Of a stretch of 64,000 bases of DNA, positions 37,126 through 47,337 are shown piece by piece (positions within the stretch are counted from its first letter, which is position 1; each line of letters starts with the position of its first letter). Both the position numbers and the translations under genes were made by a program. Origin of the DNA: Spirochaetia bacterium (lineage in GTDB: Bacteria > Spirochaetota > Spirochaetia > SZUA-6 > Bin103). The notes beneath the pieces were generated by a model, which was not told the DNA's origin, did no database searches, and saw nothing but the letters and a program-made list of their open reading frames with translations. The DNA is taken from contig CBDATQ010000001.1 of the NCBI GenBank assembly GCA_965199955.1, positions 1-64,000 of the forward strand. The letters run 5' to 3'.

Positions 37126-38409
37126 GTGAAACGGATCGCCATCGTCGCCATCGGCTCCTGGGGCGACGTGGGTCCTCTCATCACGCTCGGCGCAGGCCTT
37201 GCCGGTGCCGGCTACGAGGTGGTGCTGGTCACGCACGCCGCCTACGCGGACGACGCCGGCCGCGTCGGCCTGGACTTCGCGCCGCTGTCAGGCGATCCGG
37301 TGGCGATCCCGGAGGACGAGCGCGGCCGGCAATGGCTGGAGTCCGGCGGCAACGGGCTGCGTTTCGCCCTCCATCTGGTCCGCATCGCCCGCCCACTGCA
37401 GCGCGCGGTGCTCGACGAGGCGTACGCCGCATGCCGCTCCTGCGCGGCGGTCCTGCACACGCCGTTCGCGTCGTTCGCCACCCACGTCGCCGAGCGCCTG
37501 AAGCTGCCGAGCATAGTCGTCGGCCAGCAGCCGGTGACCCGGACCGGCGCGTGGCGGGCGTTCCTGGTGCCGGACGGCTTGCCCCTGGGCCGGGCGAGCA
37601 ACCGGCTGTCCTACCGGCTGATGGAGCAGGCGATGTGGCAGCCCTACCGGTCCGGCTTCCAGCGCTGGCGCCGTGACGCGGGCATGCCGGACGCCGGGCC
37701 GTTCGGGCCTGCCGCCCGGCTGTACACGGGCCGGGTGCCGGTGGTGTACGGCTTCAGCAGCCTGGTGGTGCCGCGCCCGGCCGACTGGCCCGCGTGGCAC
37801 CATGCCGCCGGCTACTGGCCCGCGCCGGCGCGGGGGGCGTGGAACCGCGATGATGACCGGGTCGCGGCGTTCCTCGAGGACGGGCCGCCGCCCGTGTTCG
37901 TGGGCTTCGGCAGCATGACCTCCCGCAACCCGGAGCGCGTGCTGGCGCGGGTGATGGAGGCGTTGCGCGTCGTCGGACGCCGGGGGCTGCTCACCGGCGC
38001 CGGCAACACCGCGCGCGCGCTGCCGCCGCGCATGCAGGCGCGGGACATGCTGATCGCCGAAGGCTTCTCGCACACGCGCGCGCTGCCGAAGGTGGCGGCG
38101 GCCGTCCACCACGGCGGCGCCGGCACGGTGGCCACCAGCCTCATGGCCGGCGTGCCCACGGTCGTGGTGCCGTTCTTCGCCGACCAGTTCTTCTGGGGCC
38201 GGCGCGTGGCCGCGCTGGGGGCCGGTCCGGAGCCGCTGCCGATGGCCCGGCTCGACGCTCCCGGATTGGCCGGCCGGCTGCGTGCCGTGCTAGCCTCGCC
38301 GTCGATGCGGGAGCGGGCCGCCGGCCTGGGCGCACGGCTGCGCGCCGAGAACGGCGTTGCGGCGGCGGTGGAACTGATCGACCGCCACCTGGCGACGGCG
38401 CGTGGCTGA
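37126..38409 (+). CDS. GT1 glycosyltransferase, sterol 3-beta-glucosyltransferase-like
   Basis: GTG 37126; GSWGDVGP, PRPADW, VFVGFGSM, HHGGAGT, PFFADQFFWG. Confidence 0.88.
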   Translation: MKRIAIVAIGSWGDVGPLITLGAGLAGAGYEVVLVTHAAYADDAGRVGLDFAPLSGDPVAIPEDERGRQWLESGGNGLRFALHLVRIARPLQRAVLDEAYAACRSCAAVLHTPFASFATHVAERLKLPSIVVGQQPVTRTGAWRAFLVPDGLPLGRASNRLSYRLMEQAMWQPYRSGFQRWRRDAGMPDAGPFGPAARLYTGRVPVVYGFSSLVVPRPADWPAWHHAAGYWPAPARGAWNRDDDRVAAFLEDGPPPVFVGFGSMTSRNPERVLARVMEALRVVGRRGLLTGAGNTARALPPRMQARDMLIAEGFSHTRALPKVAAAVHHGGAGTVATSLMAGVPTVVVPFFADQFFWGRRVAALGAGPEPLPMARLDAPGLAGRLRAVLASPSMRERAAGLGARLRAENGVAAAVELIDRHLATARG

Positions 38410-39154
38410 GCGGTCACGGGTCCCGCGCAGGCTCCACCAGATCTGGATCCAGGGCCAGGAGCACCTGCCGCCGCGGCTGGTCGACCTGCAGCGCACCTGG
38501 CGGGAGCTCAACCCCGGCCACGAGTACCGCCTCTGGGACGAGCCGGCGCTGCGCGGGCTGATCGCGGCCCGCCACGCGTGGTTCCTGCCGACCTGGGACC
38601 GCTACCGGCACCTGCACCAGCGGGCGGACGCCGGCCGGCTGTTCGTGCTGTACGAGCTGGGCGGCTTCTACGCGGACGTGGACGCGCGGGCGCTGCGCCC
38701 GCTCGACGAGCTGACGGCGATGGTCCCGCACGCGCGGGTGATCACCTCGGCGCTGCCGTTCGCGGGACTGGACCGCCGGCTCATCTCACTGGCCTGCGGG
38801 ACGCGGCGGCTGATCACCAACGCGATCCTGGGCATGGAGCCCGGACTGGACGAGTGGCTGCAGGTGTTGCGGCGGCTGCCGAGGCGATCGACGTTCCTGC
38901 GGTTCCACAAGGAATTATCGATAGCGTTCGGAACCGGACCGATGTTCCTTGCCGGCGCGGTCGACCGTGCGTTTGCCGACTGTCGCGGACAGGTGGCGAT
39001 CATGCCGGCGCGGATGTTTGAGCGGCGGCTGGGGTACCAGCCCTTTTTCCCCGCGCCGCCCGACGCGTTCATGGACCACCTTATGGACGCGTCGTGGCAT
39101 TCTCCGTGGCTGCAGCGGCTGCTGAAGCTGTACTACGGCTGGCTGTACCGCTGA
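38402..39154 (+). CDS. GT32 (OCH1/SUR1-like) DXD glycosyltransferase
   Basis: VPRRLHQIW, W..LNPGHEYRLW, RADAGR...LY..GGFYADVD, TGP, H...SW. Confidence 0.85.
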   Translation: MAERSRVPRRLHQIWIQGQEHLPPRLVDLQRTWRELNPGHEYRLWDEPALRGLIAARHAWFLPTWDRYRHLHQRADAGRLFVLYELGGFYADVDARALRPLDELTAMVPHARVITSALPFAGLDRRLISLACGTRRLITNAILGMEPGLDEWLQVLRRLPRRSTFLRFHKELSIAFGTGPMFLAGAVDRAFADCRGQVAIMPARMFERRLGYQPFFPAPPDAFMDHLMDASWHSPWLQRLLKLYYGWLYR

Positions 39155-41449
39155 CCGCGCGCGCCGCGCGGGGAAACGGCAGGTCAGCAGCGCCGGCAGC
39201 ACGGTCAGCGCGCCCGCCGTGGTCGCGGCGATGGCGATGCTCAACAGCAGCCCGAACCGGCCGACCGGCACGAAGGTCGATCCCACCAGCGCCAGTAGCC
39301 CGAAGCAGATCGCCCCGGACGTGACCAGGATCGGGCAGCCGGCATGGGCGACCGCCGCGCGCATGGCCTGCTCGCGCCCGGCGCCGTGATTGCGCTCGCG
39401 CTTGTACCAGACCAGCAGGTGCAGCGCGTCGTCGATGCCGATGCCGATCGCCAAGCTTGCCACCATCACCGACAGCGCGTCGAACGGCACGCCGCCGGCG
39501 GCCATCAGCGCCGCGGTCGCCATGATCCCGATCGCCAACGGCGCCACCGCGGCGAGACCCAGGAGGATCGAGCGCAGCGCGATCGCGGTCAGCACCACCA
39601 CCAGCACCGCGCTGGAGAGGGCGGTGATGATCTGGTCGCGCCGCAGGAGCTCGGACAGCCGCAGCCCGAACATGCTCCAGCCCCACAGGTCCGAGCGAAC
39701 CTCCGGCAACCTCTCGTCCACCGCTTCGCGGACGAAGGAGGCCAGCTCGGCCGTCCCGGCTTCGTACAGGTAGCCGCCGGTCGATCCTTCCATCACCCAC
39801 AGGCGGCTGGTCAGGGTCGTCGCGCCGTCGCCAAGGCCCGGCCCGGAGCGGGCCGCGGCGGCCAGCGTGCTCATGCGCGCCGCCAGCTCGATCAGCGGCC
39901 GGTCGGCCGCCGTCAGGGGGCCGGGAGGCTCGCCGCCGGCGGCCGCGCGGCGCAGCGCGGTCAAGCTGGTGGTGAAGGAGGAGATGTGGCTGACGTCGGG
40001 ATGCGCGGCCAGCCGCGCTTCCAGGTCGTCCACGGCTGACAGCACGTGCGGGAGCGCGAAGTAGCGGACGGTGTCGTCAGGGGCCTGCAGGGTGAGATTG
40101 AGGTCGATGAAGCTCCCGAACTCGCGCATGAACTCGGCGTTGGCGGCCACCGCTTCGCTCTCGCCGCGCACGTGTCCGGCGAAGTCGGTTTCGTAGTGGA
40201 CCGCCGGCAGCGCCACGGCGAACAGGACCAGCACCAGCGCTGCGCCCGCGAGGGCCGCGCGCGGCGCGCCGGTGAGGGTCACCGCGAACCGCTGCAGCAC
40301 GGAGAGCACGGCACCAGGCCGGCCCCGCCCGGCTTCGGGATCGCCTCGGCGGTGCAGTTGGTGCAGCGCCGCCGGCAGCACGGTCAGGCAGAGCAGCGCG
40401 CCCGCGGCGACGCCCGCGGCCGATATCAGGGCGAACTCGCGCAGGCGCAGAATGCTCGACAGCACCAGCGTGAGCAGTCCGGCGATCGTGGTCGCCGCGG
40501 CCAGCGCCACCGGCCGGATGACCTCCGCCGCGGCGGGGAGCACGTCGCGGGATCCGCGCCGGAAGCGGAATGCCAGATGCACGCCGTACGAGCTGGTCAG
40601 CGCCAGCACCAGGATCGGCACGACGAGCGTGATGATCGCGATCGGCACGCCGGTGAGTCTCATCAGCCCGGTCGCCCAGACGGCGGCGCTGGCCGCCACC
40701 GCGACCACCGACAGCGACACCGGCAGCCGTCCCAACGCGGCGAGCAGCGTCAGGATGACCACGCCCGCGGCGAGCAGCCCCAGGATCGGCGGGTCGCGGT
40801 TGAGCGCGGCCAGCGTGGCCTGATGCAGCGGGATCCAGCCGGCCAGCGTCACCTCGTAGTGCGCGCGCAGCGCGTCGAGGGCCGGTTCGATCGACGCCAG
40901 GAACTCCTGGTAGTCCGGAATCACCGTGACCGCGTACACCAGCGACAGGGCGGTCCCGTCGGCGGCCAGCACCAGGTTGCGCGCCTCCGGGGCGTCACGG
41001 AGCGCCGCGCGGACCCGCTCGGCCTCGGCCGGCGTGGCCGGCGCGCGTCCGTCCGGCAGCGCCGGCGCGAGCTGCAGCCGGCCGCCTTCGAGGCGGAACA
41101 CCGGCAGGTTCAGCGGCGTCACGGAAGAGACCACCAGCGGCTGCGAGGAGATGGCGCGGTCCGCCTCCTCCAGCCCCTGCAGCGAGCTCACCGCGAACGG
41201 CTCGTCGGCGCGCAGCATGACGATCAGGTAGTTGAGGTCCCTGTCCGCCTCTCCGTAGGTTTCGAACAGGCGCTGTGCCTCGTCGTCGCGCGGCAGCAAC
41301 CGCACCACTTCCGGATCGACGCGCACGCCCGTGGCCGCCAGCCCGAGGGCAACCGTGATCGCCACCCAGACGACGATGATCGCCCGTGAGTGGCGGAGGA
41401 CGGCGGAGGCGGCGCGCAGCGAGCGCGCGGACGGGCGGGCGGCGGTCAC
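38915..41449 (-). CDS. MMPL/RND-family transporter
   Basis: Two repeats of TM1, large loop and five TMs; GIGIDDALH, TTIAG, LTVLPALL. The C-terminus reads 240 bp into the convergent GT32 gene. Confidence 0.85.
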   Translation of the reverse strand: MTAARPSARSLRAASAVLRHSRAIIVVWVAITVALGLAATGVRVDPEVVRLLPRDDEAQRLFETYGEADRDLNYLIVMLRADEPFAVSSLQGLEEADRAISSQPLVVSSVTPLNLPVFRLEGGRLQLAPALPDGRAPATPAEAERVRAALRDAPEARNLVLAADGTALSLVYAVTVIPDYQEFLASIEPALDALRAHYEVTLAGWIPLHQATLAALNRDPPILGLLAAGVVILTLLAALGRLPVSLSVVAVAASAAVWATGLMRLTGVPIAIITLVVPILVLALTSSYGVHLAFRFRRGSRDVLPAAAEVIRPVALAAATTIAGLLTLVLSSILRLREFALISAAGVAAGALLCLTVLPAALHQLHRRGDPEAGRGRPGAVLSVLQRFAVTLTGAPRAALAGAALVLVLFAVALPAVHYETDFAGHVRGESEAVAANAEFMREFGSFIDLNLTLQAPDDTVRYFALPHVLSAVDDLEARLAAHPDVSHISSFTTSLTALRRAAAGGEPPGPLTAADRPLIELAARMSTLAAAARSGPGLGDGATTLTSRLWVMEGSTGGYLYEAGTAELASFVREAVDERLPEVRSDLWGWSMFGLRLSELLRRDQIITALSSAVLVVVLTAIALRSILLGLAAVAPLAIGIMATAALMAAGGVPFDALSVMVASLAIGIGIDDALHLLVWYKRERNHGAGREQAMRAAVAHAGCPILVTSGAICFGLLALVGSTFVPVGRFGLLLSIAIAATTAGALTVLPALLTCRFPARRARSAVQPAVVQLQQPLQPRRMPRRVHKVVHERVGRRGEKGLVPQPPLKHPRRHDRHLSATVGKRTVDRAGKEHRSGSERYR

Positions 41450-41513
41450 GGTGGAGTGATCCTCAATATACCCCTATATTGCTCATCGGCCGACCGTTCG
41501 GTCACCGGTTCCC

Positions 41514-42698
<1,185 letters not shown>

Positions 42699-42737
42699 TG
42701 CCCGTGCCGAGGTGCCCGTTGACAGGCCGGTACTGAC

Positions 42738-43598
42738 ATGTCTGTCCTGATCGACCGGAGCACGCGGGTGATCGTGCAGGGCATCACCGGCAATCACGGC
42801 CGCTTCCACGCCGGCCAGATGATCGAGTACGGCACCGACGTGGCCGGCGGCACGCGGCCCGGCAAGGGCGGGGAAACGATCCTGGAGCGGCCGATCTTCG
42901 ATACCGTGGCCGAGGCGCGCGAGCGCACCGGCGCCGACTGCAGCGTCATCTTCGTGCCGCCGCCGCTGGCCGCGGACGCCATCCTGGAGGCCGTGGACGC
43001 GGGTATCCGGCTGGTGGTCTGCATCACCGAGGGGATCCCGATCCGGGACATGCAGCTCGTGCGGGCGCGGGTCGACCGCGGCGGCAGCCGCCTGCTCGGC
43101 CCCAACTGCCCGGGACTGCTGACGCCGGACCGGAGCAAGGTGGGCATCATGCCGGGGACGATCGCTTCGCCCGGCAGCGTGGGCGTGGTGTCGCGCAGCG
43201 GCACCCTGACCTACGAGGCGGTGTACGCCCTGACCGAGCGGGGCATCGGCCAGTCCACCTGCATCGGCATCGGCGGCGACCCGGTGAACGGCACCGACTT
43301 CATCGACGTGCTGGAGCTGTTCGAGCGCGACGCCGGGACCGACCGGGTGGTGCTGATTGGGGAGATCGGCGGCACCGACGAGCAGCGCGCCGCCGACTAC
43401 ATCCGGCGCGAGATGTCCAAGCCGGTGGTGGCCTTCATCGCCGGACGGATGGCCCCGGAAGGCAAGACCATGGGGCACGCCGGCGCGCTGGTGGAGGGGG
43501 CCGAGGGGTCGGCCGGCGACAAGATCGACGCCCTCCGTTCCGCTGGCGCGCGCATCGCCACGCACCCGGAAGAGATCCCGGACCTGGTCAGCGGCTGA
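42738..43598 (+). CDS. sucD: Succinyl-CoA ligase alpha subunit
   Basis: [33 protein letters not shown]. Confidence 0.96.
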   Translation: MSVLIDRSTRVIVQGITGNHGRFHAGQMIEYGTDVAGGTRPGKGGETILERPIFDTVAEARERTGADCSVIFVPPPLAADAILEAVDAGIRLVVCITEGIPIRDMQLVRARVDRGGSRLLGPNCPGLLTPDRSKVGIMPGTIASPGSVGVVSRSGTLTYEAVYALTERGIGQSTCIGIGGDPVNGTDFIDVLELFERDAGTDRVVLIGEIGGTDEQRAADYIRREMSKPVVAFIAGRMAPEGKTMGHAGALVEGAEGSAGDKIDALRSAGARIATHPEEIPDLVSG

Positions 43599-43651
43599 GC
43601 CTCTTGCACCTCGGGGGAGGACGGCGCACGGAACAGGACAGCGCAGAGGAC

Positions 43652-43694
43652 AAAAAAAGGCCCCTGGGTAAAGGAGGTGAAACCCCAGGGGCCT
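43652..43694 (-). terminator. Rho-independent terminator with anti-SD loop
   Basis: 11-bp stem AGGCCCCTGGG/CCCAGGGGCCT (43658-43668/43684-43694), 15-nt loop, and a U7 tract on the minus strand. Confidence 0.8.
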
Positions 43695-43722
43695 GAAGGC
43701 GAGATGTCCTTCGTGTAGGTAA
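43652..43722 (-). ncRNA. Candidate small regulatory RNA
   Basis: Two adjacent hairpins (GAAGG/CCUUC and the terminator); loop GUUUCACCUCCUUUA; lower GC than the flanks. The 5-prime end is inferred. Confidence 0.5.
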
Positions 43723-43807
43723 CTAAGCAAACAACCCCACGGCTGTCCGGTTACACCGCCCGGCGCACTTTCTCGGATCGGTCGTTCCAGACCGAATCGG
43801 GCCGCCG

Positions 43808-45148
43808 TCAGGCCTTCTTTCCGATAAGCGCCCGGAATGCCGCGGCGATCGCCAGCGCGTACGCCGCCAGCACTGCGGCGGGCACCCAAGCGCCGCCGCC
43901 CGTGGCGGGAACGTTCAGGACCAGGATCATCGGGATCGCCAGGAAGAAGGTGAGCCCGGATGCGTAGCAGTAGTCGGCCGCGGCCGGCGTGCGCAGCTCC
44001 GGATCGACCACCCGCACCAGGGCGATGCCGGTGGTGAGGGTGCCAGTCAGGCTGCCGTAGAACATCAGCAGCCGGGCGAACGAGTGGTCGGCGAACATGC
44101 GCGGCGTGATCCACATCAGCGATGCCAGGGTCAGCGTCCCGATCAGGAGCGCGAACACGGCCAGCACCAGCCAGTACTCGGCGATGACCCCGACGGCGAT
44201 AGACGCCAGCCCGGCGGCGATCATGAAGTCGACGGCGCCGCCGGCGACGCGCGTCAGCCCGCCGCCATCGAGCAGGTGGGCAAGGCCGAGCCGCTCGGCC
44301 AGCGCGCGCGCGGCCAGCGCCGTCAGCAGCCCGAAGATGAAGGCGATGCCCCACAGGTTGGCCGCCAACTCACTCCCTGCCGGCCCGAGCAGGGCCAGCA
44401 ACCCGGTGATCCCGGCCAGCAGGCCGTAGCTGGCCAGGTAGACTCCGAACACGATGGCCAGCCACAGCGACAGCGAATCGATCGCGTCCGGCTCCGTGCG
44501 CTGCCGGGCGCCTTCCGGCCCCGCGTCCCGCGCGTCCAGCAGCCCGGTGCGCCGGCCGTAGCCGGACGGGGGCTCGATCCACCCGCGCGCAATCGCGGCG
44601 TTGACCAGGAGCACGCCGCCGACGCAGGCCAGCAGGAAGCCGAGCGCCCCGAAGGTCAAGCCGATGCTGCCCGCGCCGGCGAAGCCCAGCCGCTCCCAGC
44701 CCGAGCCGATCGCGAACGCCTGGCCCGGCCCCAGGGAGAAGCCGATCGCCGCCAGGAACCCGAAGCTCGGAAAGAGCTCCGGCAGCAGCGTCCCGATCAG
44801 CGCGAAGGTGAGCAGCAACCCGGCCAGCCCCTGCAGGGTCATCTGCGACAGGATCACGGCCGCCGAGCCCGTGATCGCCCTGGCGCGCCGGCGGGTGGTC
44901 GAACGCAGTCCGAGCGCGATGATCGCCAGGTTGAGCAGGTGGTAGGTGAGCTGCTCGACGCCGCCGGTGCCATGCCCGGCGAGCGGCGCCACCCAGTTGT
45001 AGAACGGGAACAGCAGCACGCCCGCGGTCAGGGCGTTGGGGATCAGGAAGCGCTGCAGCGCCCGGACGCGCGCGCGCAGGGCGGTTGCGGCCGCCAGCGC
45101 CGCGCCGACCAGGCCGAGGTCGATCAGCAGCGGCCAGGAGATGGTCAC
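43808..45148 (-). CDS. Sodium/glutamate symporter family (GltS-like)
   Basis: LQRFLIP.ALTAG, GF..GPGQA..IG..W, YGSLTGT..TGIALVR.VDP. Confidence 0.8.
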   Translation of the reverse strand: MTISWPLLIDLGLVGAALAAATALRARVRALQRFLIPNALTAGVLLFPFYNWVAPLAGHGTGGVEQLTYHLLNLAIIALGLRSTTRRRARAITGSAAVILSQMTLQGLAGLLLTFALIGTLLPELFPSFGFLAAIGFSLGPGQAFAIGSGWERLGFAGAGSIGLTFGALGFLLACVGGVLLVNAAIARGWIEPPSGYGRRTGLLDARDAGPEGARQRTEPDAIDSLSLWLAIVFGVYLASYGLLAGITGLLALLGPAGSELAANLWGIAFIFGLLTALAARALAERLGLAHLLDGGGLTRVAGGAVDFMIAAGLASIAVGVIAEYWLVLAVFALLIGTLTLASLMWITPRMFADHSFARLLMFYGSLTGTLTTGIALVRVVDPELRTPAAADYCYASGLTFFLAIPMILVLNVPATGGGAWVPAAVLAAYALAIAAAFRALIGKKA

Positions 45149-45163
45149 CGTGCGGGAGGGGCT

Positions 45164-46267
45164 TCAGCCGTCGCGCTCGAGCGGGCGGAGGGACTTCGGC
45201 GCGTGGATGAGCGTGCGGACCCCGTCGGCGGTCACCAGCATGTCGTCCTCCACGCGCACCCCGCCGCGCAGCCCGTCGCCGTACACGCCGGGCTCGACGG
45301 TGATGACGTCACCTGAGGCCAGGACGCCGTCCGGCCACGCCGGATTGAGGTAGGGCGGCTCGTGCGGGCAGAGGCCGATGCCGTGGCCGAGGTGGTGGAA
45401 CATGCCGCCGGGCACGATTTCGTCCATGCGCTCGCGCGCCAGGTTGAACAGGTCGACGCAGGCCACGCCCGGCCGTGCCATCCGCTTGACTTCCGCCAGC
45501 GTGTCGACCGCCTGCCGGTGCGCGCGCTCCTGCTCGTCGGTGGGCGAGCTCACCGCGAACACGCGCGAGGCGTCCGCGTAGTAGCCGCGGTAGTTGACGC
45601 CCAGGTCCAGGATCCACAGCTCGTCCGCGCGCGCCGGCCGGCGCCGCGGCGGTCCGCCGGGCGACCCGCACTGGAAGTCCTGCCCGAACCGCAACGGCAG
45701 CTCGCCCGCCTCCTCCACCACCGCGGCGGACAGCTCGCTGTAGAGGGCCAGTTCGTCCAGGCCCGGCTCCATGATCTGTGCGGCGCGCGCGTAGGCGGCG
45801 TCGACGCAGCGCGCGGCGGCCTGGATCAGCTCGACCTCGTCCGGGTCCTTGCGCCTGCGCAGGTTCAGCAGATCGGTCGTCACATCCGTAAACGTGGCGT
45901 CCATGCGCTGCAGCACGGCGGCGCCCAGCACCCCCTGGTCCAGGCCCACGCGGCGCGCGCCGGCAAGCTCCGGGGCGAGTAGCGCCGCGATGCCGTCCGC
46001 CTGGTCCAGGCGGATCGTTGCGTTGGACTGCGCCTCGGCGACCCGCACGTCGTCCACGGTGGCGCCGTCGGAGCGCGGCTCGCTGGTGGCCAGCACCGAG
46101 CGGTCAGCGCCGATCGCCACCGCCCCGAGCGCGAACCACGGCGGCAGGCAGCCGGTGACATAGTAGACGTGGCAGGGATCGGTGAGCAGCAGCAGGTCCA
46201 GCTCGCGGTCGGCCAGAATCGAGCGCACGCGGTCGAGGCGTCGGGCACAGCCATCCAGGGTCAGCAT
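45164..46267 (-). CDS. M24 family (Xaa-Pro) peptidase
   Basis: RRRKDPDE, DLG...GYYADASR, HHLGHGIGL..HE, EPGVY, GVRVED. Confidence 0.9.
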   Translation of the reverse strand: MLTLDGCARRLDRVRSILADRELDLLLLTDPCHVYYVTGCLPPWFALGAVAIGADRSVLATSEPRSDGATVDDVRVAEAQSNATIRLDQADGIAALLAPELAGARRVGLDQGVLGAAVLQRMDATFTDVTTDLLNLRRRKDPDEVELIQAAARCVDAAYARAAQIMEPGLDELALYSELSAAVVEEAGELPLRFGQDFQCGSPGGPPRRRPARADELWILDLGVNYRGYYADASRVFAVSSPTDEQERAHRQAVDTLAEVKRMARPGVACVDLFNLARERMDEIVPGGMFHHLGHGIGLCPHEPPYLNPAWPDGVLASGDVITVEPGVYGDGLRGGVRVEDDMLVTADGVRTLIHAPKSLRPLERDG

Positions 46268-46339
46268 CGCCCGGAGAGTCTACCCCGGCAGCCTGGCCGG
46301 CGCTTGCCTGCTCCGGGTGCTTCGGGTACTAAGGGAACA

Positions 46340-47092
46340 GTGGTACTGCTGATCATCGTCGGCGCCATCGTGGTGGTGGGCCTGGGGGTCTTCTTCATCG
46401 AGCCCGGCATTTTCGCTCTGGCGTACAGCCTGATCACGCCGCTGTTCGTGCGCAATCCGCCGTTCGTGGAGCTGGATCGGAGCTTTCCCGGCCACCGGAT
46501 GATCGAGGACGCCTACCCGGAGATCCGCGCGGAGGCGGAGGCGCTGCTGCGGCACCCGGAGCGGATCCCGAAATTCCACGAGGTCGACCCGCTGCAGACC
46601 CCGATCTCCGGCAAGGACGGGATCCCGTGGCGGACCTTCTTTCTCAAGGGTCACGGCGTCTGGCACGACACCAACGTGAAGCTGGCCCCGAAGACCGTGG
46701 AGGTGCTCGGGCAGATCCCGGAGGTCGAAACGGCGATGTTCTCGATCCTGGACGGCGGCAAGCACATCCCCGCGCACCGCGGCTTCTTCCGGGGGGTGTA
46801 CCGCTACCACCTGGGCCTGATCGTGCCGGACGACGCGCCGGTCTACATCGTCTGCGGCGGGCAGGAGTACCACTGGCGGGAAGGGCAAGGCGTGCTGTTC
46901 GACGACACCTACCGGCACGAGGTGTGGAACAGGAGCGCTCACCCGCGGGTGGTGCTGTTCCTGAACGTCCTGCGCGACGCCGACCTGCCGCGCTGGATGC
47001 GCCCGATCAACCGCCTGGTGGCGTCGTTGATGCAGAGATCGCCCAAGCTGAAACGCGCCGGCAAGCGCGCCGAGGTGGCGATGGACATCTGA
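46340..47092 (+). CDS. Aspartyl/asparaginyl beta-hydroxylase domain protein (LpxO-like)
   Basis: N-terminal TM; AMFSIL, HIPAHRG, RYHLGLIVP, FDDTYRHEVWN, RVVLF. Confidence 0.85.
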   Translation: MVLLIIVGAIVVVGLGVFFIEPGIFALAYSLITPLFVRNPPFVELDRSFPGHRMIEDAYPEIRAEAEALLRHPERIPKFHEVDPLQTPISGKDGIPWRTFFLKGHGVWHDTNVKLAPKTVEVLGQIPEVETAMFSILDGGKHIPAHRGFFRGVYRYHLGLIVPDDAPVYIVCGGQEYHWREGQGVLFDDTYRHEVWNRSAHPRVVLFLNVLRDADLPRWMRPINRLVASLMQRSPKLKRAGKRAEVAMDI

Positions 47093-47104
47093 CCCCGATG
47101 GGGT

Positions 47105-47263
47105 TCACTCCTCCGGCGTTGGCTTCGGCGGAATGGTCACCGTCGCGCTCGATGGCGAACCGATCGAGTAGTAGCCGTAGTGACTGACGTTGACGTACTG
47201 GTTGTTGCCGCCGCGAAACAGCAGCTCGGAGAAATTGTCCAGCGACACCCGCAGCTCCGCACC
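47105..47263 (-). pseudogene. C-terminal fragment of a Calx-beta/Ig-like surface protein
   Basis: ...YGYYSIGSPSSATVTIPPKPTPEE*; in-frame stop immediately upstream at 47264-47266. Confidence 0.45.
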
Positions 47264-47337
47264 TCATCCGAGGCCGATCGGCCAAGCACGTCCGCGCGCC
47301 GCTGGACGTGCGGCGAGGAGGAGTGAACGGGAGGTGC

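Noticed and set aside
35629..38409. 926-aa fusion of an unknown domain with GT1
   Set aside because: The N-terminal part is an alternative frame of the GMC gene; the GT starts at GTG 37126.
43669..43683. 16S rRNA 3-prime fragment, or RBS of a small plus-strand gene
   Set aside because: No other rRNA sequence flanks it, and no start codon lies at normal SD spacing (the GTG is inside the SD; the next ATG gives 4 codons).
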